Shown here: positions 1 to 8,915 of the stretch, piece after piece
Numbering within the stretch: position 1 is the first letter of the stretch
Layout of the letters: the number at the start of each line of letters is the position of its first letter
From: an uncultured Emticicia sp.
Lineage (GTDB): Bacteria; Bacteroidota; Bacteroidia; Cytophagales; Spirosomataceae
Assembly: GCA_964444025.1 (NCBI GenBank)
Contig: CAYUFZ010000001.1
Location: forward strand, 1 to 41,476
Length of the DNA stretch: 41,476 nt
Direction of reading: 5' to 3'
The notes under the pieces: generated by a model
Told to the model about the DNA's origin: nothing
What the model saw: the letters and a program-made list of their open reading frames with translations, nothing else
Database searches by the model: none
Position numbers and translations under genes: made by a program

Positions 1-60
1 TCCTGTGATGACACAAACTTTATTTTGGAGCTGTAAAAAAGGATATTTATCGTTTTTCAT
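1..60 (-). CDS. N-terminus of a short-chain dehydrogenase/reductase (partial, runs off the window)
   Basis: Not in the ORF track. The minus strand from ATG at 60 reads MKNDKYPFLQLQNKVCVITG, the typical SDR start leading into TGxxxGxG; overlaps the end of the CoA-transferase gene. Confidence 0.75.
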   Translation of the reverse strand, partial: MKNDKYPFLQLQNKVCVITG

Positions 61-1255
61 ATACTTGTATAGCATTTTCATTTATCAACCTTTCCATTTC
101 TGCATCTGAGTAACCCATATCGTGCAGAATCTCTTTGGTATCCCAACCGCAAGGGACAGCCGAAGAGCGAGAAGAAGGATATACTCCATCTACTTGAATT
201 GTTGAACGAATCACTGCTGTTTTGCCTTCTGTCGGATGATTTTCAAAATTGATTAACTCCACTGCATTCAAGTGTGGGTCTTGGGTCAGTGTTTCAAGTG
301 TATGGCAAGGCATGGCTGGTAAATCGGCTTTTCGGAATACTTCAAGCCACTCTTCGGTTGTTTTGCTATCTAATGCCGCCCCACGAATCTCAAACCATTC
401 CGAAACGTAATTGGCTCTACTTGCTACGGTCTGAAACCTTTCATCGGTTAGGAGGTCTGTCCTATCGGTGATTTTCAAAAAGGCTTTTACCTGAACATCG
501 GTATTGATGGTAAAAGAAATGTAGCCATCTTTGGTTTTAACGGGTTGGTTATGAGGACTCAACAAGCGAAGGTCGCCTGGAGCCCCAACGGGTGGTTCAA
601 AACTTTGTTGGGCCAAATGTTCTTGCAAAACAAACGAAGCCATCGTTTCGAACATCGGGATTTCAATACTTGCTCCGTTGCCTATTTTTTGTTTTTGCAT
701 CAAAGCTGCCATTACTACACCTGCCGTAATTTCGCCAACGACATGGTCACAAATCAACATAGGGACGTAAGCGGGTTTACCGTCACGAGCCAAGGCAAGT
801 CCAGCCATACCCGAAGCTCCCTGCAAAACACTGTCGTAAGTGGGTAATCCTGCGTACGGCCCATCTGTTCCGTAGCCAGTAATCAGACAGTAAATTTTTT
901 CGGGATACTTCGCCCGAATACTTTTACTACCCAAGCCCAACCGCTCCAGAGCATCGGGTCGCATATTAGCGACAATCACATCTGCCCATACTACTAATTT
1001 TTGAATGATGTCTTTGCCTCCTTCTTTTTTTAGGTCAAGACAAATGTTTTTCTTACCTCTGTTTAGGTGCAAGTACGCTCCAGAATGTTGCCCAGTTGGC
1101 GACATTCCCCCTAAACCACGCATCAAATCGCCCGAAGGGTTTTCTACTTTGATGACTTCTGCTCCGTATTGTCCCAGTCGCCAAGTCGCTACTGGACCAA
1201 CTACTACGGAGGTTAGGTCTAATATTTTAATTCCTTTTAATGGTTCAAAATTCAT
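47..1255 (-). CDS. Family III CoA-transferase (CaiB/BaiF)
   Basis: PLKGIKILDLTSVVVGP, GAEVIKVE, NRGKKNICLDLK, ITGYGTDGPY and YDSVLQG (catalytic Asp region). Confidence 0.95.
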   Translation of the reverse strand: MNFEPLKGIKILDLTSVVVGPVATWRLGQYGAEVIKVENPSGDLMRGLGGMSPTGQHSGAYLHLNRGKKNICLDLKKEGGKDIIQKLVVWADVIVANMRPDALERLGLGSKSIRAKYPEKIYCLITGYGTDGPYAGLPTYDSVLQGASGMAGLALARDGKPAYVPMLICDHVVGEITAGVVMAALMQKQKIGNGASIEIPMFETMASFVLQEHLAQQSFEPPVGAPGDLRLLSPHNQPVKTKDGYISFTINTDVQVKAFLKITDRTDLLTDERFQTVASRANYVSEWFEIRGAALDSKTTEEWLEVFRKADLPAMPCHTLETLTQDPHLNAVELINFENHPTEGKTAVIRSTIQVDGVYPSSRSSAVPCGWDTKEILHDMGYSDAEMERLINENAIQVYEKR

Positions 1256-1312
1256 ATTTTTTTCATTTTGTAGAGACGTTGCTCCCCAGCGTCTTTTTAA
1301 TCATCAACCAAC

Positions 1313-2149
1313 CTAAGACGTTGTATGCAGTGTCTCTATGACCACGGCAATATTGTTTTTATCGTCAAAAATTTTCAATTCATTTTCTTCAGAAACTATT
1401 GTTAAAGGACGATTGCAGTATAATGGAACTAAATGTTTTACTTTAATCTCTGTCAAATTTAAGCCTAATACATTCCGTGCAAATTCAGTCATTAAGAGCG
1501 TAACTAAGCCGCCATTCACCACCAAATCAGGCAAGCCTTCTACTTGCTGGGCGTAATTTCTATCTAAATGAATTTTATGAGAATTAAAACCCAATGCAGA
1601 ATATTGGAATAGGAGTGTTTCGTCAGGTATTATTTGATTTGCTTCTTTTTCAATTGCAAATCCTGAATTAAGATTCACAAATTCTGCTTGGTTCTTTGTT
1701 TTTTGTTCTTCCTGTAAAATATAAGTTTGCGTTTCCACAATGGCTGGACTTTCGGCTGAAATGGGGCGTAATTCATGTTGAAGTGTAACTATTGCCATTT
1801 GCCCATTTTTTTTCGTTTTTTCTACAATGCTTTTGATAAAACTGGTTTTTTCTATGGTTGTGCCAATCACAATATCGCCTTTATAATTTACAGTTCTGCC
1901 ACCTAATAACAATCTTGTCAAACCGCCCAAATCGGGCATCGGTACACCCAAGCCTGGAAAACCATCTTTGCGTAATTCAGATTTTCGAGTTTGTCCAGCT
2001 AACATAAAAAAATGCCATCCTTTCGGAAGAATATCACCCTCTGAAAATGAATCAGTTTCTAAATCCAACATAGCTGCCACACGGCGAACCATTGTCAGGC
2101 TACAAATTTCATTTGATTTTACTGGAGCTTCTAAAATATATTCTGCCAT
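1313..2149 (-). CDS. Double hot-dog (MaoC/FAS1-like) acyl-CoA hydratase, mesaconyl-/itaconyl-CoA hydratase-like
   Basis: LPKGWHF, DGFPG, RLLLGGR, LFQYSALGFNSHKIHLDRNYAQQVEGLPDLVVNGGL. Confidence 0.85.
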   Translation of the reverse strand: MAEYILEAPVKSNEICSLTMVRRVAAMLDLETDSFSEGDILPKGWHFFMLAGQTRKSELRKDGFPGLGVPMPDLGGLTRLLLGGRTVNYKGDIVIGTTIEKTSFIKSIVEKTKKNGQMAIVTLQHELRPISAESPAIVETQTYILQEEQKTKNQAEFVNLNSGFAIEKEANQIIPDETLLFQYSALGFNSHKIHLDRNYAQQVEGLPDLVVNGGLVTLLMTEFARNVLGLNLTEIKVKHLVPLYCNRPLTIVSEENELKIFDDKNNIAVVIETLHTTS

Positions 2150-2180
2150 ACATAAATACGTTTACTGATATAATTTCTAA

Positions 2181-2188
2181 CAAAAGTA
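2181..2188 (-). promoter_or_regulatory. Bacteroidota -7 promoter box (TACTTTTG) for the leftward catabolic operon
   Basis: Matches TAnnTTTG, about 30 nt upstream of the ATG at 2149. Confidence 0.55.
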
Positions 2189-2196
2189 TAATTTAA

Positions 2197-2232
2197 TTTT
2201 TATATATGAAAACATATTTTCATATTTGCAAA
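2197..2232. promoter_or_regulatory. Tandem palindromic operator, probably for the adjacent IclR
   Basis: TTTTTATATATGAAAA (2197-2212) and TTTTCATATTTGCAAA (2217-2232) are 1 and 2 mismatches from the palindrome TTTTCATATATGAAAA, start 20 bp apart and lie between divergent genes. Confidence 0.6.
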
Positions 2233-2260
2233 ATATTTCAATTTATAACAATTCTAAAAA

Positions 2261-2677
2261 ATGAAATTCAAATATCATCATACGAACTTTTGCACAGAGG
2301 ATGTTCCTAGATTATCAAATTTCTATAAAGCGGTTTTTGACTTAAAACAAATCCAAGATGAAGAGCATGGATTTACAAGTTCAGATACGGTAAATAGATA
2401 TGAAGGTCAAGTGGAGTTCTTGACCGATGGACAGGTTGAGTTTCATATTGCCATAAAAGACCACAATACGGGTTTTCGCCAAAATATGCCAATAAATCCA
2501 ATGCAAAGAGGTCATTATTGTTTTAGAACAGATGATATTGAAGGCTTTAAAAAAAGATTGGAGGAGCTAAACATTCCTTATGCTGACTATGGGAAATGGG
2601 CTTTGAAAGGTTGGTATCAAGTATTTTTTCATGACCCAGATGGCAATATTATCGAAGTGCATCAGATAGGAATGTGA
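2261..2677 (+). CDS. VOC (glyoxalase/bleomycin resistance) family protein
   Basis: HHTNF, HYCFRTDD, QVFFHDPDGNIIEV. Confidence 0.93.
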   Translation: MKFKYHHTNFCTEDVPRLSNFYKAVFDLKQIQDEEHGFTSSDTVNRYEGQVEFLTDGQVEFHIAIKDHNTGFRQNMPINPMQRGHYCFRTDDIEGFKKRLEELNIPYADYGKWALKGWYQVFFHDPDGNIIEVHQIGM

Positions 2678-2731
2678 TTTGATTTATGGTTACGATTTTA
2701 GATTAGACAAAGTAAAATTATTTATTTTTTA

Positions 2732-2739
2732 TAATTTTG
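2732..2739 (+). promoter_or_regulatory. Bacteroidota -7 promoter box (TAATTTTG) upstream of iclR
   Basis: Matches TAnnTTTG, about 40 nt before the ATG at 2778. Confidence 0.5.
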
Positions 2740-2777
2740 GCTAATCAAATTAATCGAAATTAATCAATCAATGCATT

Positions 2778-3545
2778 ATGAAAGACAAAGAAGAAAACAA
2801 TGCGTATTCTGCACCAGCCTTAGAAAAAGGACTTGATATTTTGGAAATATTATGTCAGTGTGAAAACGGACTGACTCAGCAAGAAATTGCCAGTCAATTG
2901 GGAAGAAAATTAGGAGAAATTTACAGAATGCTGAATTGTTTGGTTGAGAGAAAATACGTGGCTAACATAGGAAATACTTACACGATTACCTCAAAACTTT
3001 TTCAACTTTCGCATTATCATCCACCAACCTATCGCTTGTTAACTGAAGCTCTTCCTATCATGGAAGGTTTGTCAAGGCAAATATTATTTCCTTGTGATTT
3101 GAGGGTGTATAATAATGGTTCTCTAACAGTTATAGCCTCTATCCAACCACCCAATGGTATTGGATTCATGACAAGGGTAGGCTCTGAAATTGAAGTAGCA
3201 CCTTCCGCAGCAGGCTTGGTTTTATTGGCTTTTCAAGACCCAATTGTAAAAGAGATTAGAATCAAAGAAAGCCTGCCGAATAAAACAGAGGAAGAAATTG
3301 AAAGTTTTCGTAATAGTTTAGACGAAGTTCTCGAAAACGGATTTGCTTCTATTAAAAGTAAACAATACGCTGGGCTTCACGCCATTTCATTCCCAATTAT
3401 GGATATGAATGGAAATGCAATGGCGGCCATGACAGTACCCATGTTGGCCCGAATTGATGGTACTAGACAATTTACCGAAAATGAAGTGGAACAAGTGTTG
3501 AGAGAAAGTGTGAAAAGTCTGAGTAGTAAAATTGCTAAAGTTTAA
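2778..3545 (+). CDS. IclR family transcriptional regulator
   Basis: YSAPALEKGLDILEIL N-terminal wHTH; SAAGLVLLAF and GLHAISFPIMD effector domain. Confidence 0.95.
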   Translation: MKDKEENNAYSAPALEKGLDILEILCQCENGLTQQEIASQLGRKLGEIYRMLNCLVERKYVANIGNTYTITSKLFQLSHYHPPTYRLLTEALPIMEGLSRQILFPCDLRVYNNGSLTVIASIQPPNGIGFMTRVGSEIEVAPSAAGLVLLAFQDPIVKEIRIKESLPNKTEEEIESFRNSLDEVLENGFASIKSKQYAGLHAISFPIMDMNGNAMAAMTVPMLARIDGTRQFTENEVEQVLRESVKSLSSKIAKV

Positions 3546-3582
3546 ATACAAATGTCGAATCTAAAATAATCTTTAACCTATT

Positions 3583-4665
3583 ATGAATATCACTTTAAAC
3601 AAATTATTACTCATAGGCTCGGCGGTTTTCGGGCTTTTAGCGATAGGAACGTTGGTTTGGGGTGATGGCTTATTAGCGATAGGACCTTTTGTGCTTGGGT
3701 TGCTTATATTTTTGGCTATTGGTGGACGCAGTATTCTCATACTCAATCAAATGTCGTTTACTATTTGGGTATTAGCTGCGGTAGCTCTTGGTTTTTTCTA
3801 TCCACAATACTTTCAAAAGATAGGAGATTTTAAAATTACAGGTTTCATAGTTCCGCTTATTCAGATAATAATGTTTACGATGGGAACGGAAATGAGCCTC
3901 AAAGATTTTGAAGGGGTCGTTAAAACGCCAAAAGCTGTTTTGATTGGTTTGATAAGCCATTTTACAATAATGCCATTGGTAGGAGTATCATTGGCAAAAA
4001 TATTCAATTTTCCTCCAGAAATAGCGGCAGGAGTAATATTAATGGGTTCTGTTCCGAGTGGCGTAACATCGAATGTACTGGCGTTTATTGCAAAAGCCAA
4101 TATGCCTTTATCGGTTACGATAGCTGCTATTTCTACCCTTGCTGCACCATTTCTGACACCACTATTAATGAAATTATTGGCAGGTCAGTACGTGGCTATT
4201 GATTTACAAGCAATGATGATTCATGTAGCGGAAATTATTATTTTACCTATCATATTGGGTTTAATTGTTAATAAATTTCTAAGTAATGGGGCAAAATGGT
4301 TGCAAAAAATATTACCAAAAATTTCAATGTTGGGTGTACTAATGATGATGATTGTGATTGTTTCTTCGGGTAGAGATTCTTTGTTACAAATCGGACCATT
4401 ATTGTTTTTGTCAGGCATGATTCATCATACAATTGGCTATTTATTGGGGTATTGGAGTGGTCGATTCATGGGTTTAGACGAGGCTTCTTGCCGGACTATT
4501 TCTTTGGAAGTAGGGATGCAAAATGGCGGACTTGCCTCTGGAATCGCCTTACAAATGGGCAAAATAGCAACGGTCGGTTTAGCCTCAGTCATTGCCGTAC
4601 CTTGGATGACGATTTCTGGTTCGATGTTGTCTAATTGGTGGCAAAATAAAGAATCTAAAAAATAA
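3583..4665 (+). CDS. Bile acid:sodium symporter (BASS) family transporter
   Basis: IMFTMG, PSGVTSNV, ISLEVGMQNGGLA; multiple TM helices. Confidence 0.93.
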   Translation: MNITLNKLLLIGSAVFGLLAIGTLVWGDGLLAIGPFVLGLLIFLAIGGRSILILNQMSFTIWVLAAVALGFFYPQYFQKIGDFKITGFIVPLIQIIMFTMGTEMSLKDFEGVVKTPKAVLIGLISHFTIMPLVGVSLAKIFNFPPEIAAGVILMGSVPSGVTSNVLAFIAKANMPLSVTIAAISTLAAPFLTPLLMKLLAGQYVAIDLQAMMIHVAEIIILPIILGLIVNKFLSNGAKWLQKILPKISMLGVLMMMIVIVSSGRDSLLQIGPLLFLSGMIHHTIGYLLGYWSGRFMGLDEASCRTISLEVGMQNGGLASGIALQMGKIATVGLASVIAVPWMTISGSMLSNWWQNKESKK

Positions 4666-4684
4666 TATTAAAAAAATAGGAATT

Positions 4685-5512
4685 ATGAAACCTTTGAATT
4701 GTTTTCTCAAAAACGCTCTTTCTACATTTTGTTTGGTGATGACTTTAAATATCTCTCATGCCCAGACCATTGATAGATATTTCACCACCTCCGATGGCGT
4801 TAAACTTCATTATAAAGTATCAGGAAAAGGCAACCCCTTAGTTATTTTTCCAGGTTATGGGCAAGATATTACTAAATTTGATAATATCTACAAGGGTCTT
4901 GATAAACAGTTTACTATTTATTGCCTTGATTATCGTTGGTTAGGAAAGTCAGAATCGCCAAATTATGGCTACCACATTGAGCGATTTGCAAAAGATACTA
5001 AAGAAATGGTTGAACACGCCAAAATTGATAAATTTAGTCTTTTTGCTCACTCAATGGGTAATACCGTTGCTTGGTGCTATTTCTCGCTTTTTGGTCAAGA
5101 TAAAATAACCAAATATATCCTTGGCGACGAAGCTCCTTGTCTTATCACTGACCCAAACTGGACAGACCAAGAAGTGGAAACTTTCACGGGTAGTACCAAC
5201 AGAAAAGAAATGTTTAAAGCATGGCGACCACCCTCAAAACCTGAGAGTTTGACACCACAGCAAGAAATGATGAGCCGATTGCTCAACGACCATTTGGGAA
5301 GAGATTGGCGTGATATAATTCCTACTATCAAAGTACCAACCATGATTTTAATGGGAGGAAAAAGCCATTTCGCATCACCTCTTTTATGGAATTGGCTCAA
5401 TAAAAACATCAAAGGCTCTGAACTCAAAATTATCAAAGAAGGGGGGCATGGCTATTATGAATCTCATCCAGATGAATTTAATGCTTTGGTTCTAGATTTT
5501 TTGAAAAAATAA
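4685..5512 (+). CDS. Exported alpha/beta hydrolase (non-heme haloperoxidase/esterase-like)
   Basis: Signal-like N-terminus (SHA/QT), DGVKLHY, LDYRWLGKS, AHSMG nucleophile elbow, GGHG C-terminal His. Confidence 0.9.
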   Translation: MKPLNCFLKNALSTFCLVMTLNISHAQTIDRYFTTSDGVKLHYKVSGKGNPLVIFPGYGQDITKFDNIYKGLDKQFTIYCLDYRWLGKSESPNYGYHIERFAKDTKEMVEHAKIDKFSLFAHSMGNTVAWCYFSLFGQDKITKYILGDEAPCLITDPNWTDQEVETFTGSTNRKEMFKAWRPPSKPESLTPQQEMMSRLLNDHLGRDWRDIIPTIKVPTMILMGGKSHFASPLLWNWLNKNIKGSELKIIKEGGHGYYESHPDEFNALVLDFLKK

Positions 5513-5518
5513 TTAAGC

Positions 5519-6382
5519 ATGGAAGTAAATAATATCGCCATCATCGGAGCAGGAAACATGGGGCATCAGATTGCTTTGTGTGCCGCCTTATCGGGTTTCA
5601 AGGTAAAATGTATTGATACCAATCCTGATATTTTGAATAAAGCTATTCAATTTGTCGATAACTACTTGAAAGAAAGGGTTTTGAAAGAAAAGTTGAGTCA
5701 AGAAGCTGCTAATCAAGCTCATTCAAATATTGCTTTTGTTTCTACAATCGAAGAAGCAACCCAAAATGCCGACCTCGTTATTGAGGCAATCATCGAAAAA
5801 TTAGAAATCAAGCGTACACTTTTTGCTGAATTGGACAAAATCTGTCCAGTTCATACCATTTTAGCTACAAACAGCTCATATATTGTGAGTTCTAAAATCG
5901 CAGATGCAACTAACAGACCTGATAAGGTTTGCAATATGCACTTTTTCAATCCTGCATTAGTAATGAAATGTGTTGAAGTTGTAAAAGGTCCTCACGTATC
6001 TGACGAAACAGCTAAAACTGTGATAAATGTAGCCCAAAAAATGAGCAAAACTCCCGTACTTCTTCATAAAGAAATCTATGGTTTTTTGGTCAATCGCCTT
6101 TTACAAGCCACCCGACAAGAAGCCCTCAAATTGTTGGATATGGGTGTAGCAAGTTTTGAAGATATTGATACTGCTGCAAAAAATGGATTAGGTTACCCAA
6201 TGGGGCCCTTTGAGTTATTAGACCTTACAGGAATAGATTTAGCGTACTATGTAGGTATGGAAAAATACCAAGAAAGTGGCGATGTCTCTGACAGACCTTC
6301 CCCAACCGTTGTTGAGAAATTTAGCAAAGGAGAATTTGGAAAGAAGGTTGGAAAAGGGTTTTACGAGTACCCCAAAAAATAG
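5519..6382 (+). CDS. 3-hydroxyacyl-CoA (3-hydroxybutyryl-CoA) dehydrogenase
   Basis: IGAGNMG, IEAIIEKLEIK, ATNSS, MHFFNP, GFLVNR, GYPMGPFELLD. Confidence 0.95.
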   Translation: MEVNNIAIIGAGNMGHQIALCAALSGFKVKCIDTNPDILNKAIQFVDNYLKERVLKEKLSQEAANQAHSNIAFVSTIEEATQNADLVIEAIIEKLEIKRTLFAELDKICPVHTILATNSSYIVSSKIADATNRPDKVCNMHFFNPALVMKCVEVVKGPHVSDETAKTVINVAQKMSKTPVLLHKEIYGFLVNRLLQATRQEALKLLDMGVASFEDIDTAAKNGLGYPMGPFELLDLTGIDLAYYVGMEKYQESGDVSDRPSPTVVEKFSKGEFGKKVGKGFYEYPKK

Positions 6383-6553
6383 TTTACCAAATTTAAGTAA
6401 TCATTTGTTTTACAATTACATTCTATTGATAATCAGAAACATAACAAATCTCGACAAAGGTTTAAACTGAAATATGTCAAGAAAAATTTTAAACAAATTC
6501 TTCAGTTTTGATACTTTTTTTACTCTACATCCCAATCATCATCATAAAAATAG

Positions 6554-7969
6554 CTACGAATCATTTGAATTTTCTCCGAAAAAAGATTTTATTGAATGAT
6601 TATTACTTATCCAACTACCCACTACCATTCCTAAAATACTGGCTAATAAGCCCCATATTAAACTTGGTAAGGAGGTTTCGTAAAATTCAAAAAATGTCCA
6701 AACGGCAGTGCCTAAAATCATAGAGGAAATAGCCCCCAATGCTTTGGCATATTTCCAATATAAACCGGCTGTCATTGGCACAAATAATGCCACCAGACTC
6801 AGAGCTGAAGACTCCCCCACTAATTCATAAATCTCCCCTTTGTATAATGAAAAACCGATACTTACCAACATCATTCCAACGACAGAATAACGCATGATTT
6901 TTAATAGTTTTTTATCAGATATTTTATCGCCATATAATGGTTTGATAAGATTTTCTCCCAAAACAGTTGCCGGGGCTAATACCGCACCACTACAAGTACT
7001 AAGAATGGCAGACAATAATGCTCCAAAAAATAATATCTGAATACCCGTGCCGCCGTATCGAAGTACCAAATAAGGGATTGACATTTGGGTATCTCCATGT
7101 TTTAACTCGGGATGAAGCATTGTACCGCATAAAGCAATAATCAAAGGCATAGACGCAATGGTAAAATACATCAACGATGACCAATAAGAAGCTTGAACTG
7201 CCACTTTTTCAGATTTCGCCGACAATACCCGTTGAAAAACATCTTGCTGAGGAATTGACCCCCAACCAATGGTTATCCATGCCGAAAAATATAAAATCCA
7301 ATCATTCCAAGTATTTTTTTGAGGAATTATTCTAAAAAAATGCTTCGGTTGAGAAACAAATAATTTAGACCACCCTCCTACTTCTGAGACTAATTCGACC
7401 ATCAGAACTAGCAGACCTATAATAATCATCACCGTCTGAATCGTATCTGTGGTAGCAACCGACCACATTCCACCTACATACGTGTAAATGACAACCACCG
7501 ACGCACTCAATAAAATTCCATAAATCATATCTAAGCCCGAAATAGCCTGCAAAATAGTCGCTAATGCTATCAGTTGAGCGGCAATCCATGCAAAATACGA
7601 TGGTATCATGAATAAAGCAGAAATCCATTCGACAGATTTGTTGTAACGAATCCTGAAATAATCGGAAAAAGTGAGAATATTAAGACGATACAAAGGACGT
7701 GCAAAAAAAACTCCAATTAACAACAAACACAAAGCAGCCCCAAATGGGTCTTCTATTACTCCCAAAATTCCATGTTCTACAAACTCCGAAGATGCCCCCA
7801 TAATGGTCTCTGACCCAAACCAAGTGGCAAAAAGTCCAGAAGCAACCACAAATGTTGGCATTCTTCTACCAGCAATGGCAAAATCATCAGACGTTTGTAC
7901 ATTCCGAGCGGCATACCACCCAACCAATATCGTACCTAACAAATACAAAGCAACAAAAATCAGCAACAT
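6554..7969 (-). CDS. Sodium:solute symporter (SLC5/PutP family, choline-transporter-like)
   Basis: DFAIAGR, ATWFGSET, GGMWSVATTD, PQQDVFQR; many hydrophobic segments. Confidence 0.93.
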   Translation of the reverse strand: MLLIFVALYLLGTILVGWYAARNVQTSDDFAIAGRRMPTFVVASGLFATWFGSETIMGASSEFVEHGILGVIEDPFGAALCLLLIGVFFARPLYRLNILTFSDYFRIRYNKSVEWISALFMIPSYFAWIAAQLIALATILQAISGLDMIYGILLSASVVVIYTYVGGMWSVATTDTIQTVMIIIGLLVLMVELVSEVGGWSKLFVSQPKHFFRIIPQKNTWNDWILYFSAWITIGWGSIPQQDVFQRVLSAKSEKVAVQASYWSSLMYFTIASMPLIIALCGTMLHPELKHGDTQMSIPYLVLRYGGTGIQILFFGALLSAILSTCSGAVLAPATVLGENLIKPLYGDKISDKKLLKIMRYSVVGMMLVSIGFSLYKGEIYELVGESSALSLVALFVPMTAGLYWKYAKALGAISSMILGTAVWTFFEFYETSLPSLIWGLLASILGMVVGSWISNNHSIKSFFGENSNDS

Positions 7970-8067
7970 AAATCTATCGTATAATTGTCGTCAATAATTT
8001 CTCTTTTACCCGCTACACTATTGGATAATGAAAAGCAGTGAACTTTTTTTAAAAATCATTTGTTATG

Positions 8068-8075
8068 CAAAGCTA
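8068..8075 (-). promoter_or_regulatory. Bacteroidota -7 promoter box (TAGCTTTG) upstream of the symporter
   Basis: Matches TAnnTTTG on the minus strand, about 100 nt upstream of the start. Confidence 0.4.
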
Positions 8076-8328
8076 GTCTTTTATAATACTCTCTCATACT
8101 ACATTATTTTTTATTAATTATTTGTAAAATTAATTATTGTATTTTTTTCTTAATTATATTTAGTACACAAACAATCTAAATAAGCAATTTTGAAAACATA
8201 AACCTTCCCCCTACCCCATTTCTTGGCATTTCATAAAACAGCGTTTCCACTCTGTTACCACCCTTGGTGTGCCTATATATTAAATTTTATTAGTTTTCAT
8301 TCATTTTTAAACTTAAAACCTCTCAAAT

Positions 8329-8853
8329 ATGAAAACCAGATTCATTAGTCGATTTTACGAAGCAGACGCTAACAAGCTTTATGCAAGTGCAACCCCAAGC
8401 AGTTTAAATACCGAAGAACGTACGAAAAACCTTAACTTTATTCTGTCTAAGGAAATACAAGTCATTGTCAATTTGATGGAAGAGCATGAAATAAATCATG
8501 ATTTCGAACTGTTTTTTGATTATGCCCCTGAGTTTGAAAAGTCTGGCATAGAATCCGTTCGCTTTCCGATAGAAGACATCAACATCCCGAAATCCTATGA
8601 ATATGCGACAGAAATTCTTGACTTTATCGACGGAAAAATCAATGAAGGCAAAAAAGTGCTAGTTCATTGTTGGGGAGGCATCGGACGTACTGGAACTATC
8701 GTTGGCTGCTATCTATTAAGGCACCAATTGGCAGAGCCAAGCAATGTGATAGCGGTAATCGATAATTTAAGAAAGAATACAGCAACCAACGATAGATATT
8801 CCCCAGAAACCTTTCTACAAATTAATTTTGTAAAAAACTTTTTGGATTCATAA
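8329..8853 (+). CDS. Cys-based protein-tyrosine/dual-specificity phosphatase family protein
   Basis: Intact P-loop VHCWGGIGRTG (CX5R), FPIED acid loop, SPETFLQ Q-loop. Confidence 0.93.
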   Translation: MKTRFISRFYEADANKLYASATPSSLNTEERTKNLNFILSKEIQVIVNLMEEHEINHDFELFFDYAPEFEKSGIESVRFPIEDINIPKSYEYATEILDFIDGKINEGKKVLVHCWGGIGRTGTIVGCYLLRHQLAEPSNVIAVIDNLRKNTATNDRYSPETFLQINFVKNFLDS

Positions 8854-8915
8854 ATCCCAAATATTTGCAACAAACTTCTCTATTAATATTCATTCTAAAC
8901 CAAAATCATATCCTT

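Noticed and set aside
8157-8182. TATTTAG-N12-CTAAATA inverted repeat as an NrtR-type operator for the phosphatase/ARH unit
   Set aside because: Short and AT-rich, spacing does not fit the GT-N7-AC core, and no regulator gene is nearby.
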